DNA of 62,450 nucleotides from positions 1 to 62,450 of the forward strand of contig CAYTTZ010000001.1 in NCBI GenBank assembly GCA_964440945.1, in the 5' to 3' direction. The number at the start of each line of letters is the position of its first letter. The first letter of the stretch is position 1. The notes under the pieces are model-generated. The model did not search any database. It was not told the DNA's origin and saw only the letters and a list, made by a program, of their open reading frames with translations. Positions 11,422 through 20,818 of this stretch are shown in pieces. The position numbers and the translations under genes were made by a program. The stretch comes from an uncultured Woeseiaceae bacterium (GTDB taxonomy: Bacteria; Pseudomonadota; Gammaproteobacteria; Steroidobacterales; Woeseiaceae).

Positions 11422-13878
11422 ATGAAAATCACCAGGTACATTGTCATCGTGGCAGGCATCGTTGCCGTTTTCGCCGCGACCGCCTGGTTCCTGCGCGACA
11501 ATCTCATTCAACGCCTTTCAAATCCCCTGTTGGAGGACTATGGCGTCAGGATCGTGAACGTGTCCCTCGATGCACTTGCGACCAGCGACGCTACTATCAG
11601 TTACCTCGAACTCGTCCACGAAAAAGGCACGTCGATCGTCATCGAAAACCTGACGCTGCCGTTCGCGGCGGCCTCGAAGAAGGCGAAGACCTACCGGGCG
11701 GGGAAGGTGTCGGTCTTCACCGCAACCAGGACAGACGGGGCAGCCTTCGAATTAGCCGAGCTGATTCGGCAGGTACTCGCACTGCCCGACAACCTGGCCA
11801 ACAGTGCTTTCGAGGTTGACGAGTTTAGCCTGCCGCCCTACCCCACTGTTCGAGACGTGCGTTGGGAGATTGCGGACAATTCTCAAAGCCTGAGTGGCAA
11901 CGTTGACTCCATTGAACTATCGGCGACACTGGCACGCGATGAAGCAGGCAGCCACGATGTCACGCTTTCAGTTCCTGCAGCGCAGGCCGCTGGCGATAGA
12001 CCCACGCTCACCATGCGCTTGCTCGACGAAGAAACCCGGTTATCCCTCACAGGTAGTGGGCCCCTGAACCTGCCGACCTGGGAACCACTCCTGAAGCTCG
12101 TCGGGGTAGTGCCGACCGAGTTGGGAATTTCCTTCGGCACAGCGACACTGAAAGTTGACGTTGAAATTCCGAACGATGCCGCACAAACGCCGACACTGGC
12201 CGCCAGCCTCACACCAACGTCCGAATTGGCCGCGAGCTATCGCAGCGACAGTAGCATCGCGACAATTCTCGTGAAGTCAGCCGGCATTACGCACCTGTCA
12301 GCTGCATTTCCTGACGTCGACTGGTCACTCAAGCTCGCGAAAGCAGCGCTGACGGTTAGCTATGGTGAGTGGACTGAAATTCCCCTGTCCCTGACTGATG
12401 TCGCCTGCAATTCGGGTCCGGTGTGTTCGATTACAAGCCGCATAACCACCAGCAAACGACAACTCCCCATCGGCAATGTCGCCGTCCTTGAGTATTCGTC
12501 AACAGAGGACCTGCATTTTCTGGACTCGGGCGTTCGTATCGATGTGCAACCGGGTGCCTCACTCAAACTGCGCGATGTCAGCTCTCAGAGCGCCGAATTG
12601 AAACATTTGCGGGCAGAGCTCGTTTCGCAAGCCAGGCTGGACCTCGATGACGCCGGATGGCGATTGACCGCCGATTCTCTGGACGCAAAGATCGAAAACC
12701 TGGTGCTGGGCGACGGCATCTCAGCTTCAATGCCGCTGTTTCTCGAGAACGTCATGGTCGGCGCACAAGACGAAAAGCTGTCCCTCAGATCCGGCGTTTT
12801 CGCGCCTTCGACTCAAGGCACCTGGGACGGAAAGACGATTGCACTGCCAGGATTCAAAGGCGCGTTGTTGTTACAGGACGGTGATGCGGCCGCGGATCTG
12901 CAGACCGTCGGACTACAAAATGACGCCGCTATCAAGGTCCGGCACAACCTTGCCAGCGCGACAGGACAAGCGACCGTAGACCATGGCACCGTCTCCTTCG
13001 CCAAAACGAGCCTGTCGGATCGGGTTTCGCCGTGGCCGGGCGATCGCGATATTGTCGCCGGAGCAGTGTCTTTCGATCTTTCGACCAACTGGGTCGAGAA
13101 GAAATCGCGTCTTGCTATCAATGCACAGGCATCAATCGATACGACCAGGCTTGCCGGCCACTACGGCGACACCGCTTTCACTGGTGTCGCGACTCAACTC
13201 CGGGGTCGTTATCAGGATGGGACGGGCTTCAGCATCGACCCATCAACAGTTACAGCGGCGCTGGTCGAAATTGGCGTGCCGGTGGAAAATCTCAGTGCTG
13301 ATTACGCGCTGGACCTGAATCCGCTGAGCGTCGATGTAGCGAACCTGCGGATGTCGGCCTTCGGCGGTGTCGTCACCGCGGAGCCGTTCAGCTTCCGTAC
13401 AGACAGGGCGATCAATACTCTGACCCTGATTACCGCGTCACTGGACCTTACTGAGCTGCTGTCTCTGAAAGGTTTCGAGACGGTGGAAGTCACTGGCAGT
13501 GTGAGCGCCAGGCTCCCTGTGATAATCGAGGGCGACACGGTAACAATTGAGAACGGCGTTTTGACCGGCAATCCACCCGGCGGTGTAATTCGCTACAGAC
13601 CGGCGAGGCCACCAGACAAATCGGACGTCTCGAGCTTCGCCTTTGTAGAAAGAGTGCTCAGCAACTTCGAATACAAGACGATGGCATCCGACGTAAGCCT
13701 CAGCAAAGAGGGTGATTTAACGTTAAGGCTGAAGCTGACCGGCAGAAACCCGGACCTCGATGAAAAAAGGCCGGTGGTCTTGAATGTAGGGGTGGAGAAC
13801 AACATACCCCAAATGCTGAGAAGCCTTCGAACCGCAAGGGCTGTAGAGGACGTCCTGGAAAGACGACTCAGCAAGTAG
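11422..13878 (+). CDS. ydbH: YdbH-like AsmA-family intermembrane lipid-transport protein
   Basis: About 818 aa with an N-terminal TM anchor (MKITRYIVIVAGIVAVFAATAWF). Long beta-rich repetitive body. C-terminal YdbH-type block GVIRYRP...FEYKTMASDVSLSKEGDLTLRLKLTGRNPD. Directly followed by ynbE and ydbL, as in enterobacteria. Confidence 0.8.
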   Translation: MKITRYIVIVAGIVAVFAATAWFLRDNLIQRLSNPLLEDYGVRIVNVSLDALATSDATISYLELVHEKGTSIVIENLTLPFAAASKKAKTYRAGKVSVFTATRTDGAAFELAELIRQVLALPDNLANSAFEVDEFSLPPYPTVRDVRWEIADNSQSLSGNVDSIELSATLARDEAGSHDVTLSVPAAQAAGDRPTLTMRLLDEETRLSLTGSGPLNLPTWEPLLKLVGVVPTELGISFGTATLKVDVEIPNDAAQTPTLAASLTPTSELAASYRSDSSIATILVKSAGITHLSAAFPDVDWSLKLAKAALTVSYGEWTEIPLSLTDVACNSGPVCSITSRITTSKRQLPIGNVAVLEYSSTEDLHFLDSGVRIDVQPGASLKLRDVSSQSAELKHLRAELVSQARLDLDDAGWRLTADSLDAKIENLVLGDGISASMPLFLENVMVGAQDEKLSLRSGVFAPSTQGTWDGKTIALPGFKGALLLQDGDAAADLQTVGLQNDAAIKVRHNLASATGQATVDHGTVSFAKTSLSDRVSPWPGDRDIVAGAVSFDLSTNWVEKKSRLAINAQASIDTTRLAGHYGDTAFTGVATQLRGRYQDGTGFSIDPSTVTAALVEIGVPVENLSADYALDLNPLSVDVANLRMSAFGGVVTAEPFSFRTDRAINTLTLITASLDLTELLSLKGFETVEVTGSVSARLPVIIEGDTVTIENGVLTGNPPGGVIRYRPARPPDKSDVSSFAFVERVLSNFEYKTMASDVSLSKEGDLTLRLKLTGRNPDLDEKRPVVLNVGVENNIPQMLRSLRTARAVEDVLERRLSK

Positions 13879-13953
13879 CGATCGCTGCTATCTGGCGAGC
13901 GTCACTTCAGGTAAGCTTTTGGAACAAAGCGCTTTATGAAACCCGGTGCACAC

Positions 13954-14139
13954 ATGAAACTGACAATTCCACTGATCGCTATGCTTTCCTTCCTCGCCGG
14001 TTGTAATCCAACCGTCAAAGTCGAGGCCCCGGACAAGCCCATTGAGATAAATCTCAATGTCAAAATTGAGCACCATATTCGGCTGCAGGTCGATAAGGAT
14101 CTCGAGGGACTGTTCTCCGAAGATAGCGGCGTATTTTGA
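13954..14139 (+). CDS. ynbE: YnbE-family lipoprotein
   Basis: MKLTIPLIAMLSFLAGC lipobox, then NPTVKVEAPDKPIEINLNVKIEHHI. This is near-collinear with E. coli YnbE (CTPRIEVAAPKEPITINMNVKIEHEI). Confidence 0.85.
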   Translation: MKLTIPLIAMLSFLAGCNPTVKVEAPDKPIEINLNVKIEHHIRLQVDKDLEGLFSEDSGVF

Positions 14140-14150
14140 GGATCATGACG

Positions 14151-14474
14151 ATGAACAAGATTTTTGCGGCCATCGGCCTGTTGCTGCTACTGCAGAATGC
14201 CTGGGCCATAGACATACGAGACGCCAAAGAGCAGGGCCTGGTGGGTGAGGCGAATACCGGCTATGTCCTTGCGCTTGAATCTCCAGCAAGCGCTGAGGTT
14301 CGTGCGCTTCTCGCCGAGGTCAACGGGACACGCAAGGCTCAGTTCAAAGAAACCGCTGAGAAAACAGGCCTTACGACAACCCAGGTCGCGTATCGGTTCT
14401 ACGAGATGGCCGTGCAGCGAACGGCGCCGGGCCATTACTACCAGGACGCGACCGGTAAGTGGAAGAAAAAGTAG
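14151..14474 (+). CDS. ydbL: YdbL-family periplasmic protein (DUF1318)
   Basis: Signal peptide, then DAKEQGLVGEANTGYV and C-terminal GHYYQDATGKWKKK, typical of YdbL. Third gene of the conserved ydbH-ynbE-ydbL order. Confidence 0.8.
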   Translation: MNKIFAAIGLLLLLQNAWAIDIRDAKEQGLVGEANTGYVLALESPASAEVRALLAEVNGTRKAQFKETAEKTGLTTTQVAYRFYEMAVQRTAPGHYYQDATGKWKKK

Positions 14475-14491
14475 GTTCCGTCTAAACCGCT

Positions 14492-16282
14492 TTAGCGGGA
14501 CGGCTCCTTCCCTTTGTCGACTTTCGCCTTCCTCTTGGACGCCGCTGGCACTCGCTTGGATGCCTGCGGCATTCTTTTCGCACCTTTGTGCTTCCGCCCT
14601 GGCTTGCCATCGTAACGTGAAATCCTCAGGGGTATACCGCATACCCTGACCTTCTTCAGGTCCGCGAAGATATCTTTCGGCATGCCCACCGGCAGATCTA
14701 CAAGACTGAATTCTTCATCGATTTCGATATGACCGATATGCTCGCCGTCCAGGCCCGCCTCGTTCGCAATCGCACCAACGATATTGCCTGGCTTCACGCC
14801 GTGCCTGTTGCCAACTTCGAGGCGGTAGCGCTCCTTGTCGGCATCCGGCTCACGCGAGGTGCCGCCTCGCCGTTTCTGGCCGTGCGACGGCTTGCCATCG
14901 TCCTTGCCTGCTCTTGATTTCTCGAATTTGCGCTTCGGCCGGTCACTGTCGGGGCTCAGCAACATAGGCTCGTCGCCGATCGACATCTGCGCCAGTGCCG
15001 CGGCAATATCGAGCGCCGGCACATCATGCTCCTGTTGATATTGCTCTACCAGTCCCTGCATGAATGCCAGCTCACCTACTGCCAGGGTGTCGCTGATCTT
15101 CTGTTTGAAATCGGCGATGCGCTTGTTGTTCACCGTCTCTGTAGTTGGCAGGGTCAGCTGCTCAATTTTTTGCCGCGTCGCTTTCTCTATCGCGTACAGC
15201 ATGCGTCGCTCGCGAGGAGCGACAAACAAAATCGCGTCGCCTTGACGTCCAGCTCTGCCGGTGCGACCAATACGATGAATATACGCTTCAGTATCGTAGG
15301 GAATGTCGTAGTTAATAACGTGGCTGATTCGATCCACATCCAGCCCACGTGCCGCTACATCGGTGGCAACAAGGATATCCAGCGAGCCCTTCTTCAGTCG
15401 CTCTACCGTCTGCTCCCGATGGTTTTGCGCCATGTCGCCATTCATCGCCGAGGCGCTGTATCCCCTGGCTTCAAGGCGCTCGGCCAGCTCTGATGTCGCC
15501 GTCTTGGTACGCACGAAAATGAGCACGGCATCGAAGGTTTCCACCTCGAGTATTCGCGTGAGCGCATCCAGCTTGTGCAGTCCGCCGACCTGCCAGTAAC
15601 GCTGCCGAATCGTCTCCGCCGTCGCGGTGCGCGCCTTGATCGATATTTCCTGCGGTTCATTGAGGTGACGACGAGCAATGCGTTCTACCTGTGGCGGCAT
15701 GGTCGCCGAGAACAGCGCCATCTGGCGTTGCTTCGGGGTCTGGTCGAGAATCCACTCGACCTCGTCGATAAAGCCCATGCGCAACATTTCATCGGCCTCA
15801 TCGAGAACCAGCGCCTGCAGCCCGCCCAGTTTCAGCGTGCCCTTACGCATGTGATCCATGATGCGGCCCGGCGTACCTACTACGACCTGCACACCGCGCT
15901 TCAGTTGACGGATCTGTCCCGAGTACTCCTGGCCACCATAGATCGGCAGTACATGGAATCCCGGGATATGCGATGCGTAGCGCTGGAACGCTTCGGCAAC
16001 CTGAATGGCCAGCTCACGCGTCGGCGTGAGCGTCATGACCTGCACATTCCTGTTCTTGGTATCAATGCGGGACAGCAGGGGCAGTGCAAATGCCGCCGTC
16101 TTGCCTGTTCCTGTGGGGGCGTGTCCGAGCAGATCCAGACCTTTCAGCAGGTGGGGGATCGCCTGGCTCTGGATCGGCGTCGGATTTTCGTAACCGATTT
16201 CATCCAGCACCTGGATAAGTGGTGGCGCGAGTTTCAGCTCACGGAAGCTGGGGCTCCCGGATGTGGCTTTGGGCTTGGACAT
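14492..16282 (-). CDS. deaD: DEAD-box ATP-dependent RNA helicase (DeaD/CsdA-like) with basic C-terminal tail
   Basis: Q motif F.EL.L, motifs AQTGTGKTAAF-type (APTGTGKTAAF), PTRELA, DEAD (LDEADEML), SAT, HRIGRTGRAG. C-terminal DbpA-like RNA-binding region and a K/R-rich tail. ATG at 16282 preferred over GTG at 16303. Confidence 0.9.
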   Translation of the reverse strand: MSKPKATSGSPSFRELKLAPPLIQVLDEIGYENPTPIQSQAIPHLLKGLDLLGHAPTGTGKTAAFALPLLSRIDTKNRNVQVMTLTPTRELAIQVAEAFQRYASHIPGFHVLPIYGGQEYSGQIRQLKRGVQVVVGTPGRIMDHMRKGTLKLGGLQALVLDEADEMLRMGFIDEVEWILDQTPKQRQMALFSATMPPQVERIARRHLNEPQEISIKARTATAETIRQRYWQVGGLHKLDALTRILEVETFDAVLIFVRTKTATSELAERLEARGYSASAMNGDMAQNHREQTVERLKKGSLDILVATDVAARGLDVDRISHVINYDIPYDTEAYIHRIGRTGRAGRQGDAILFVAPRERRMLYAIEKATRQKIEQLTLPTTETVNNKRIADFKQKISDTLAVGELAFMQGLVEQYQQEHDVPALDIAAALAQMSIGDEPMLLSPDSDRPKRKFEKSRAGKDDGKPSHGQKRRGGTSREPDADKERYRLEVGNRHGVKPGNIVGAIANEAGLDGEHIGHIEIDEEFSLVDLPVGMPKDIFADLKKVRVCGIPLRISRYDGKPGRKHKGAKRMPQASKRVPAASKRKAKVDKGKEPSR

Positions 16283-16433
16283 TTGATGACTCTGGGTCCG
16301 CACGACTTTTCCAGCGGAGACCCGGCAGGCTGGCGCTGCATCATACCCCTCTACTGGGCGAGATATACGCCAGAAACCCTCGAATTACAGCAAAACAGCC
16401 TGTTTCGCCGATGTTGCGTGACGCTCTGGCGTA

Positions 16434-17573
16434 TCAGGCCGGCATGAGCACGTTGACGGCGTCTCCGATCTGACCGTTCGCCTTGTAGCTTTGCAGGTGT
16501 CGCCTGGTCGACAGTGATGTTTCCTGTCCTTTGGCTATCAGCAAAACATTGTCGAAGGTCAGGATGTCAGCAGCGACGATCATCGAGTCTGTCAGTTCGT
16601 TAATCGCGACGGTCGCCGTCTTCAGGCCCGACGCTTGCGCTACGGTCTTTTCGAGGGCGGCCACGATAACGGGATCGTACTTCCTCGGCGATTGCTGGAG
16701 TCGCTGCGCCGCATCTGCAGCGGAGAGTCCGGACGATTCAGCCGCGTCGAAATCAATGACGACCTTTAGAAGCCGGGCTCCGAGCGGAATCTTTTCGCCA
16801 CTGAGCGCGTCTTCGGGAAACCCAGTGCCGTCGAAGTTCTTGCCCTGGTAGCGAATATACTGCGCGACGTCTTCCATTCGCGGAATCGTCATCAGCAAGT
16901 CCGCACCAACCTTGGCATGCGCCGAGAACTCCGCCAGCGCCTCCTCAGCAAGCGGCTGCCCTGTTGACTGGCTGCGAACCAGGTCCGCCGGCAACGTAAC
17001 GCAACCTAGCTGCGACAGCAGCGCGGCGCTTTCGAACTGCCAGGAATGGGTCAACTCCATCGCCTCGACCAGCTTCGCGAGCCTGGTCTTGAACCGCGTT
17101 GTTCGACCGAATAGCTCCGGATTCGTTAGCGCCAAAATGTCTGCCAGGGCCTTGATGCTGCCGCGCAACGTATTTTCGAGAAGATGTTTTTCAGCCGTAA
17201 TCAGTTCGTATTGGCGCAAGCCGACAGTAACCGCGCTTGCGAGCGCGACCGCGTCGCAGGGCTTGTTTAGAAAACGAAAGACATCGCCCTTATTGACGGC
17301 GTCGACCGCGGTCTGCTGGTCGGCGTTGCCTGTGAGCATCATGCGTACGGTATCTGGCCACTGCTGTTTGGCTTTGGACAGAAACTCTACACCGTCCATG
17401 CCTGGCATACGCATATCCGATACGACGATTGCGTATTCGCCGTTGCTGGCGAGCTTCTGCAGCGCTTCTTCGCCACCGTTGGCCGTGTCGACATCGAAGT
17501 CCTTGCGTAAATTCCGCTTGATCGACTGGAGCACGTTCGGCTCGTCGTCAACGAACAAAACTTTCTTAGTCAT
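16434..17573 (-). CDS. response regulator: receiver domain plus degenerate HD-GYP-like output domain
   Basis: REC motifs: VLFVDDEPNVL, VVSDMRMPGMDG, LNKPC. The C-terminal domain is collinear with HD-GYP, but LHDIGK is LSQLGC, HHExxDGxGYP is YQGKNFDGTGFP, and no first His is seen. Its start overlaps the upstream stop (ATGA). Confidence 0.85.
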   Translation of the reverse strand: MTKKVLFVDDEPNVLQSIKRNLRKDFDVDTANGGEEALQKLASNGEYAIVVSDMRMPGMDGVEFLSKAKQQWPDTVRMMLTGNADQQTAVDAVNKGDVFRFLNKPCDAVALASAVTVGLRQYELITAEKHLLENTLRGSIKALADILALTNPELFGRTTRFKTRLAKLVEAMELTHSWQFESAALLSQLGCVTLPADLVRSQSTGQPLAEEALAEFSAHAKVGADLLMTIPRMEDVAQYIRYQGKNFDGTGFPEDALSGEKIPLGARLLKVVIDFDAAESSGLSAADAAQRLQQSPRKYDPVIVAALEKTVAQASGLKTATVAINELTDSMIVAADILTFDNVLLIAKGQETSLSTRRHLQSYKANGQIGDAVNVLMPA

Positions 17574-18772
17574 GATGCCGAGCCTGTGTCTGTTGCTTTC
17601 GATTCCCGATGCAGCTCTTTCCAGCCGGCGATTTTGTCGGTCAGTCCAAGCTCTTCAATGTATTCTTCGTTCAAATTCGGCAGGCTTTCGTCACCATGTG
17701 CGCAGACAATCGCGTCGGCAATATGCACCGCCGTGAGTGCGCTAAATCCGGAGGCGACGCATGCCATTGGCGAATGATGGTAAGCGACGCACTCGACGAC
17801 CGGGTTTGGCAGTCCCCACAAACCAACCAGGTAAGCACCAACATCGCAATGACTGTGCCCGATCACCTCTTCCTCGACTTCGAAGTCCCGCTTGTCAGGA
17901 GCAGCAACGCCCTGCTCAACTTCTGCAAACTTCTCAGGGAAGTTGGTGGCGATTACCAGCTTACCAACGTCGGCCATGAGGCCTCCCATCAGGGCGTAGT
18001 CGCTGATCACGGATTGATCCGATTCGTGCGACGCGATTTCCTTGGCCAGCGGACCAACCTCATTGCTGCTGGTCCAAATTCGCTTGAGCGCCGGGGCATC
18101 GACGTTATCGCCTTCAAACTGTGAGAAGACGCCAGCCGTCAGAACCAGAGACTTCAAGACGTCGACGCCCAGGTACATCGCCGCGTCAGCAGGGGATGAC
18201 AGATGACGCGCAAGCCCGAAGAACGCCGAGTTGACAAGCTGCAGAATCTTGGCGGACATCGCGACATCCGTTTCGATGATCTCCCCCACCTTGTGCAGCG
18301 ATGGATCATCCGATTGCATTTCTTCCATGATCTTCTGGTACTGCTCCGGCATGCTCGGGAGCGAAGTCATGTCCGCAACAATCGCCTCAAGCTTCTCGTC
18401 GTCCACAAGGTTGCGCAGATTGAATGCGCGCTGCACGGCGGAGACCAGTGTGTCAGCGTCACAGGGTTTCGCCAGGTACTGATGCGCGTGCTGTACACAG
18501 CGGTATATCATGTTGGAGTCAGTCTCTCCGGAGAGCGCAATACGAATCGTTGCCGGATATTTCTCCTGAATTTGTGACAGCAGCTCGGCACCGTTCATAC
18601 CGGGCATCTTCATGTCACTCACGATCACGTCGCACGGCGCCTCATCGAACGTCTCGAGCGCCAGCTGGCCGCTTTCCACAAAGGACATGTCCCACTCTTT
18701 TCGCTGTCCACGCAGTATTCGGCGTAGTCCGCTCAGGATATTAGGTTCGTCGTCAACAAATAGAACACGCAT
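17570..18772 (-). CDS. response regulator: receiver domain plus HDOD domain
   Basis: REC motifs: VLFVDDEPNIL, VIVSDMKMPGMNG, LAKPC. HDOD-like region LPSMPEQYQKIMEEMQSDDPSLHKVGEIIETDVAMSAKILQLVNSAFFGL and HSHCDVGAYL. Confidence 0.85.
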   Translation of the reverse strand: MRVLFVDDEPNILSGLRRILRGQRKEWDMSFVESGQLALETFDEAPCDVIVSDMKMPGMNGAELLSQIQEKYPATIRIALSGETDSNMIYRCVQHAHQYLAKPCDADTLVSAVQRAFNLRNLVDDEKLEAIVADMTSLPSMPEQYQKIMEEMQSDDPSLHKVGEIIETDVAMSAKILQLVNSAFFGLARHLSSPADAAMYLGVDVLKSLVLTAGVFSQFEGDNVDAPALKRIWTSSNEVGPLAKEIASHESDQSVISDYALMGGLMADVGKLVIATNFPEKFAEVEQGVAAPDKRDFEVEEEVIGHSHCDVGAYLVGLWGLPNPVVECVAYHHSPMACVASGFSALTAVHIADAIVCAHGDESLPNLNEEYIEELGLTDKIAGWKELHRESKATDTGSAS

Positions 18773-20751
18773 CAGGCAGCAACCTCCCGGTTAGACTGTT
18801 CCTTCGGCTTGTAAGGCAACACAATATTGAAGGTCGATCCCTCACCCTTGACGGAGTCAACCCACAGTCTTCCGTGGTGCTGCTCGACCACGGTGCGGTA
18901 GGCCATTGCCAGGCCCTGGCCCGTGCCTTTGCCGACTGCCTTCGTCGTGAAAAACGGATCGAATATGCGGTCCTTGATCTCGTCCGGTACACCACAACCG
19001 GTATCCGAAATCCTGATCTCGACTTCTTTGCCCAGGTCGTTTGTCGTGATCTTTATTATCCCTTTCTCAGTGCATCCGTCGGCCGCCGACTGATCGATCG
19101 CGTGCGCTGCGTTGACGATGAGATTAAGCACCACCTGGTTAATTTCCTGAACGAAGCAGCTCACCGGCGGTAAATTGTCCGCGAATGCTGTCTCAACGTC
19201 GGCCACGTATTTCCACTCGTTCGAAGCAACTGTAATCGTATTCTGTATCGCCTGGTTGAGATCGGCGCTTTCCTGGTCCTTGCTGCCGGGATGGGAAAAC
19301 TCTTTCATTGCCCGAACAATGTTGGAAATCCGGGTTATTCCTTCCAGTGATTGGTCAATCGCGGATGGAATTTCCTCCGCAAGATATTCGATGTCTGCAC
19401 TTTCCGAAGATGCGTTTACCTCTGCGAGCAACTCGGGCGAGACTTGTCCGTCCGTCGCTGCACGCAGCAGCCTGGCATAGACGCCGTTCAATTCGAGCAA
19501 GTCTTTGAAGGCGTCTTTAATGAAACGCGTGTTGTCGCCGACGAACTGGGCAGGCGTGTTGATTTCATGGGCGATGCCCGCCGCGAGCTGACCTATGGAT
19601 TCGAGCTTCTTCGCCTGCATGAGCTCCGACTCAAGCGCCTTGCGATCCGTAATGTCGGTAATCATCGCGACAAACAGCGGCGGGTCCGTCACCTGTGATA
19701 ACTGCAGGTGGACCTGAACCTGGTATTCGGTGCCATCTTTACGCCGATGCGCTGTATCGAACAACAGTTCCTGTTTGGTGCCGTTTCGAAGTGGCTGCAG
19801 CAAGTTTGAGAAGGTCGTCATGTTGAATTTCGGCTTCAGGTCGACCGGCGTCATGGACCGTAGCTCTTGCTTCGAGAAGCCGAGATTCTCTGCGGCGCCC
19901 TTGTTCACCTTGACGAACGCAAGCGATTCCGAATCGAACATGTAGATTTCGTTCGTTGCTTCGTCGAGTACCTCGCTCAGCCGCACCGCCTCCTGGTCTG
20001 CCTTCTCGGCATGCTTACGTTCGACGCCGACTCGGTAGTCAAAGAATATTGTCAGGTGAGTAACGCCGAGCATGACGAGCGCAACACCACCAACGGCGAT
20101 CGCCATCCAGGTATTGTCCGGCGTTTCTGCCGCATTCATGGCACCCATCATCGGCGTGTAGATTGCTGCGGCCATACCAGTGTAATGCATGCCACAAATC
20201 GCGATGCCCATGATCATGGCCGCGCCGACTTTCAGGAGCGCCAGGTACTGCCCCTTGAAACTCGCCAGGGTAAATATGATCCAGATGGCGGCGCAGGCTG
20301 CGAGCACGGCGATCAGGACTGACAGCACCAGCAAACCGGTGTCGTAGGTAATTGCGGCGTCCATTTCCATGGCGGCCATCCCGGTGTAGTGCATCGCCGC
20401 GATGCCACCGCCCAGCAGGAGACCGCTAAGCCCGATCTTCGCAACCCCCTGGCGCTTTCGGGAAGCCACATAAATTGCGAAGCCGGACGCGGCCACGCCT
20501 ACCAGCAGTGACAGAATCGTAATCGTAACGTCGTATGCAAAAGCCATCGGCAGGGAAAAGGCGAGCATGCCGATGAAGTGCATGGTCCAGATGCCGATAC
20601 CCATCGAGAACGCACCGCCGCAGAGCCATGAAGCGGCCATCAGACCGCTGGACTCCGATACCCTGCGTCCGAGCTCGAGCGCCGTATAGGACGCTGCTAC
20701 GGCCAGTACGTAGGATAGTGTGACCAGCAGATAGTTGTAACTGCCCTGCAT
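18772..20751 (-). CDS. sensor histidine kinase with N-terminal MHYT membrane domain, PAS, HisKA/HATPase
   Basis: Three MHYT-type motifs sit in successive TM pairs ([24 protein letters not shown]). PAS-like region follows. H-box [11 protein letters not shown], then HATPase motifs [25 protein letters not shown]. Confidence 0.9.
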   Translation of the reverse strand: MQGSYNYLLVTLSYVLAVAASYTALELGRRVSESSGLMAASWLCGGAFSMGIGIWTMHFIGMLAFSLPMAFAYDVTITILSLLVGVAASGFAIYVASRKRQGVAKIGLSGLLLGGGIAAMHYTGMAAMEMDAAITYDTGLLVLSVLIAVLAACAAIWIIFTLASFKGQYLALLKVGAAMIMGIAICGMHYTGMAAAIYTPMMGAMNAAETPDNTWMAIAVGGVALVMLGVTHLTIFFDYRVGVERKHAEKADQEAVRLSEVLDEATNEIYMFDSESLAFVKVNKGAAENLGFSKQELRSMTPVDLKPKFNMTTFSNLLQPLRNGTKQELLFDTAHRRKDGTEYQVQVHLQLSQVTDPPLFVAMITDITDRKALESELMQAKKLESIGQLAAGIAHEINTPAQFVGDNTRFIKDAFKDLLELNGVYARLLRAATDGQVSPELLAEVNASSESADIEYLAEEIPSAIDQSLEGITRISNIVRAMKEFSHPGSKDQESADLNQAIQNTITVASNEWKYVADVETAFADNLPPVSCFVQEINQVVLNLIVNAAHAIDQSAADGCTEKGIIKITTNDLGKEVEIRISDTGCGVPDEIKDRIFDPFFTTKAVGKGTGQGLAMAYRTVVEQHHGRLWVDSVKGEGSTFNIVLPYKPKEQSNREVAA

Positions 20752-20818
20752 TTAGCGAACCCCTTGCCCCGAAGGGCCGAAGAGATCGAACCTCTCACGA
20801 CGGTCGGGGGAGTAAAAC

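Noticed and set aside
14492-16282. The DEAD-box helicases (deaD, dbpA) as parts of a novel nucleic-acid-targeting system.
   Set aside because: Both align along their full length with the well-known ribosome-biogenesis helicases, including the DbpA-specific C-terminal RNA-binding domain. Neither has a nuclease or methylase partner.
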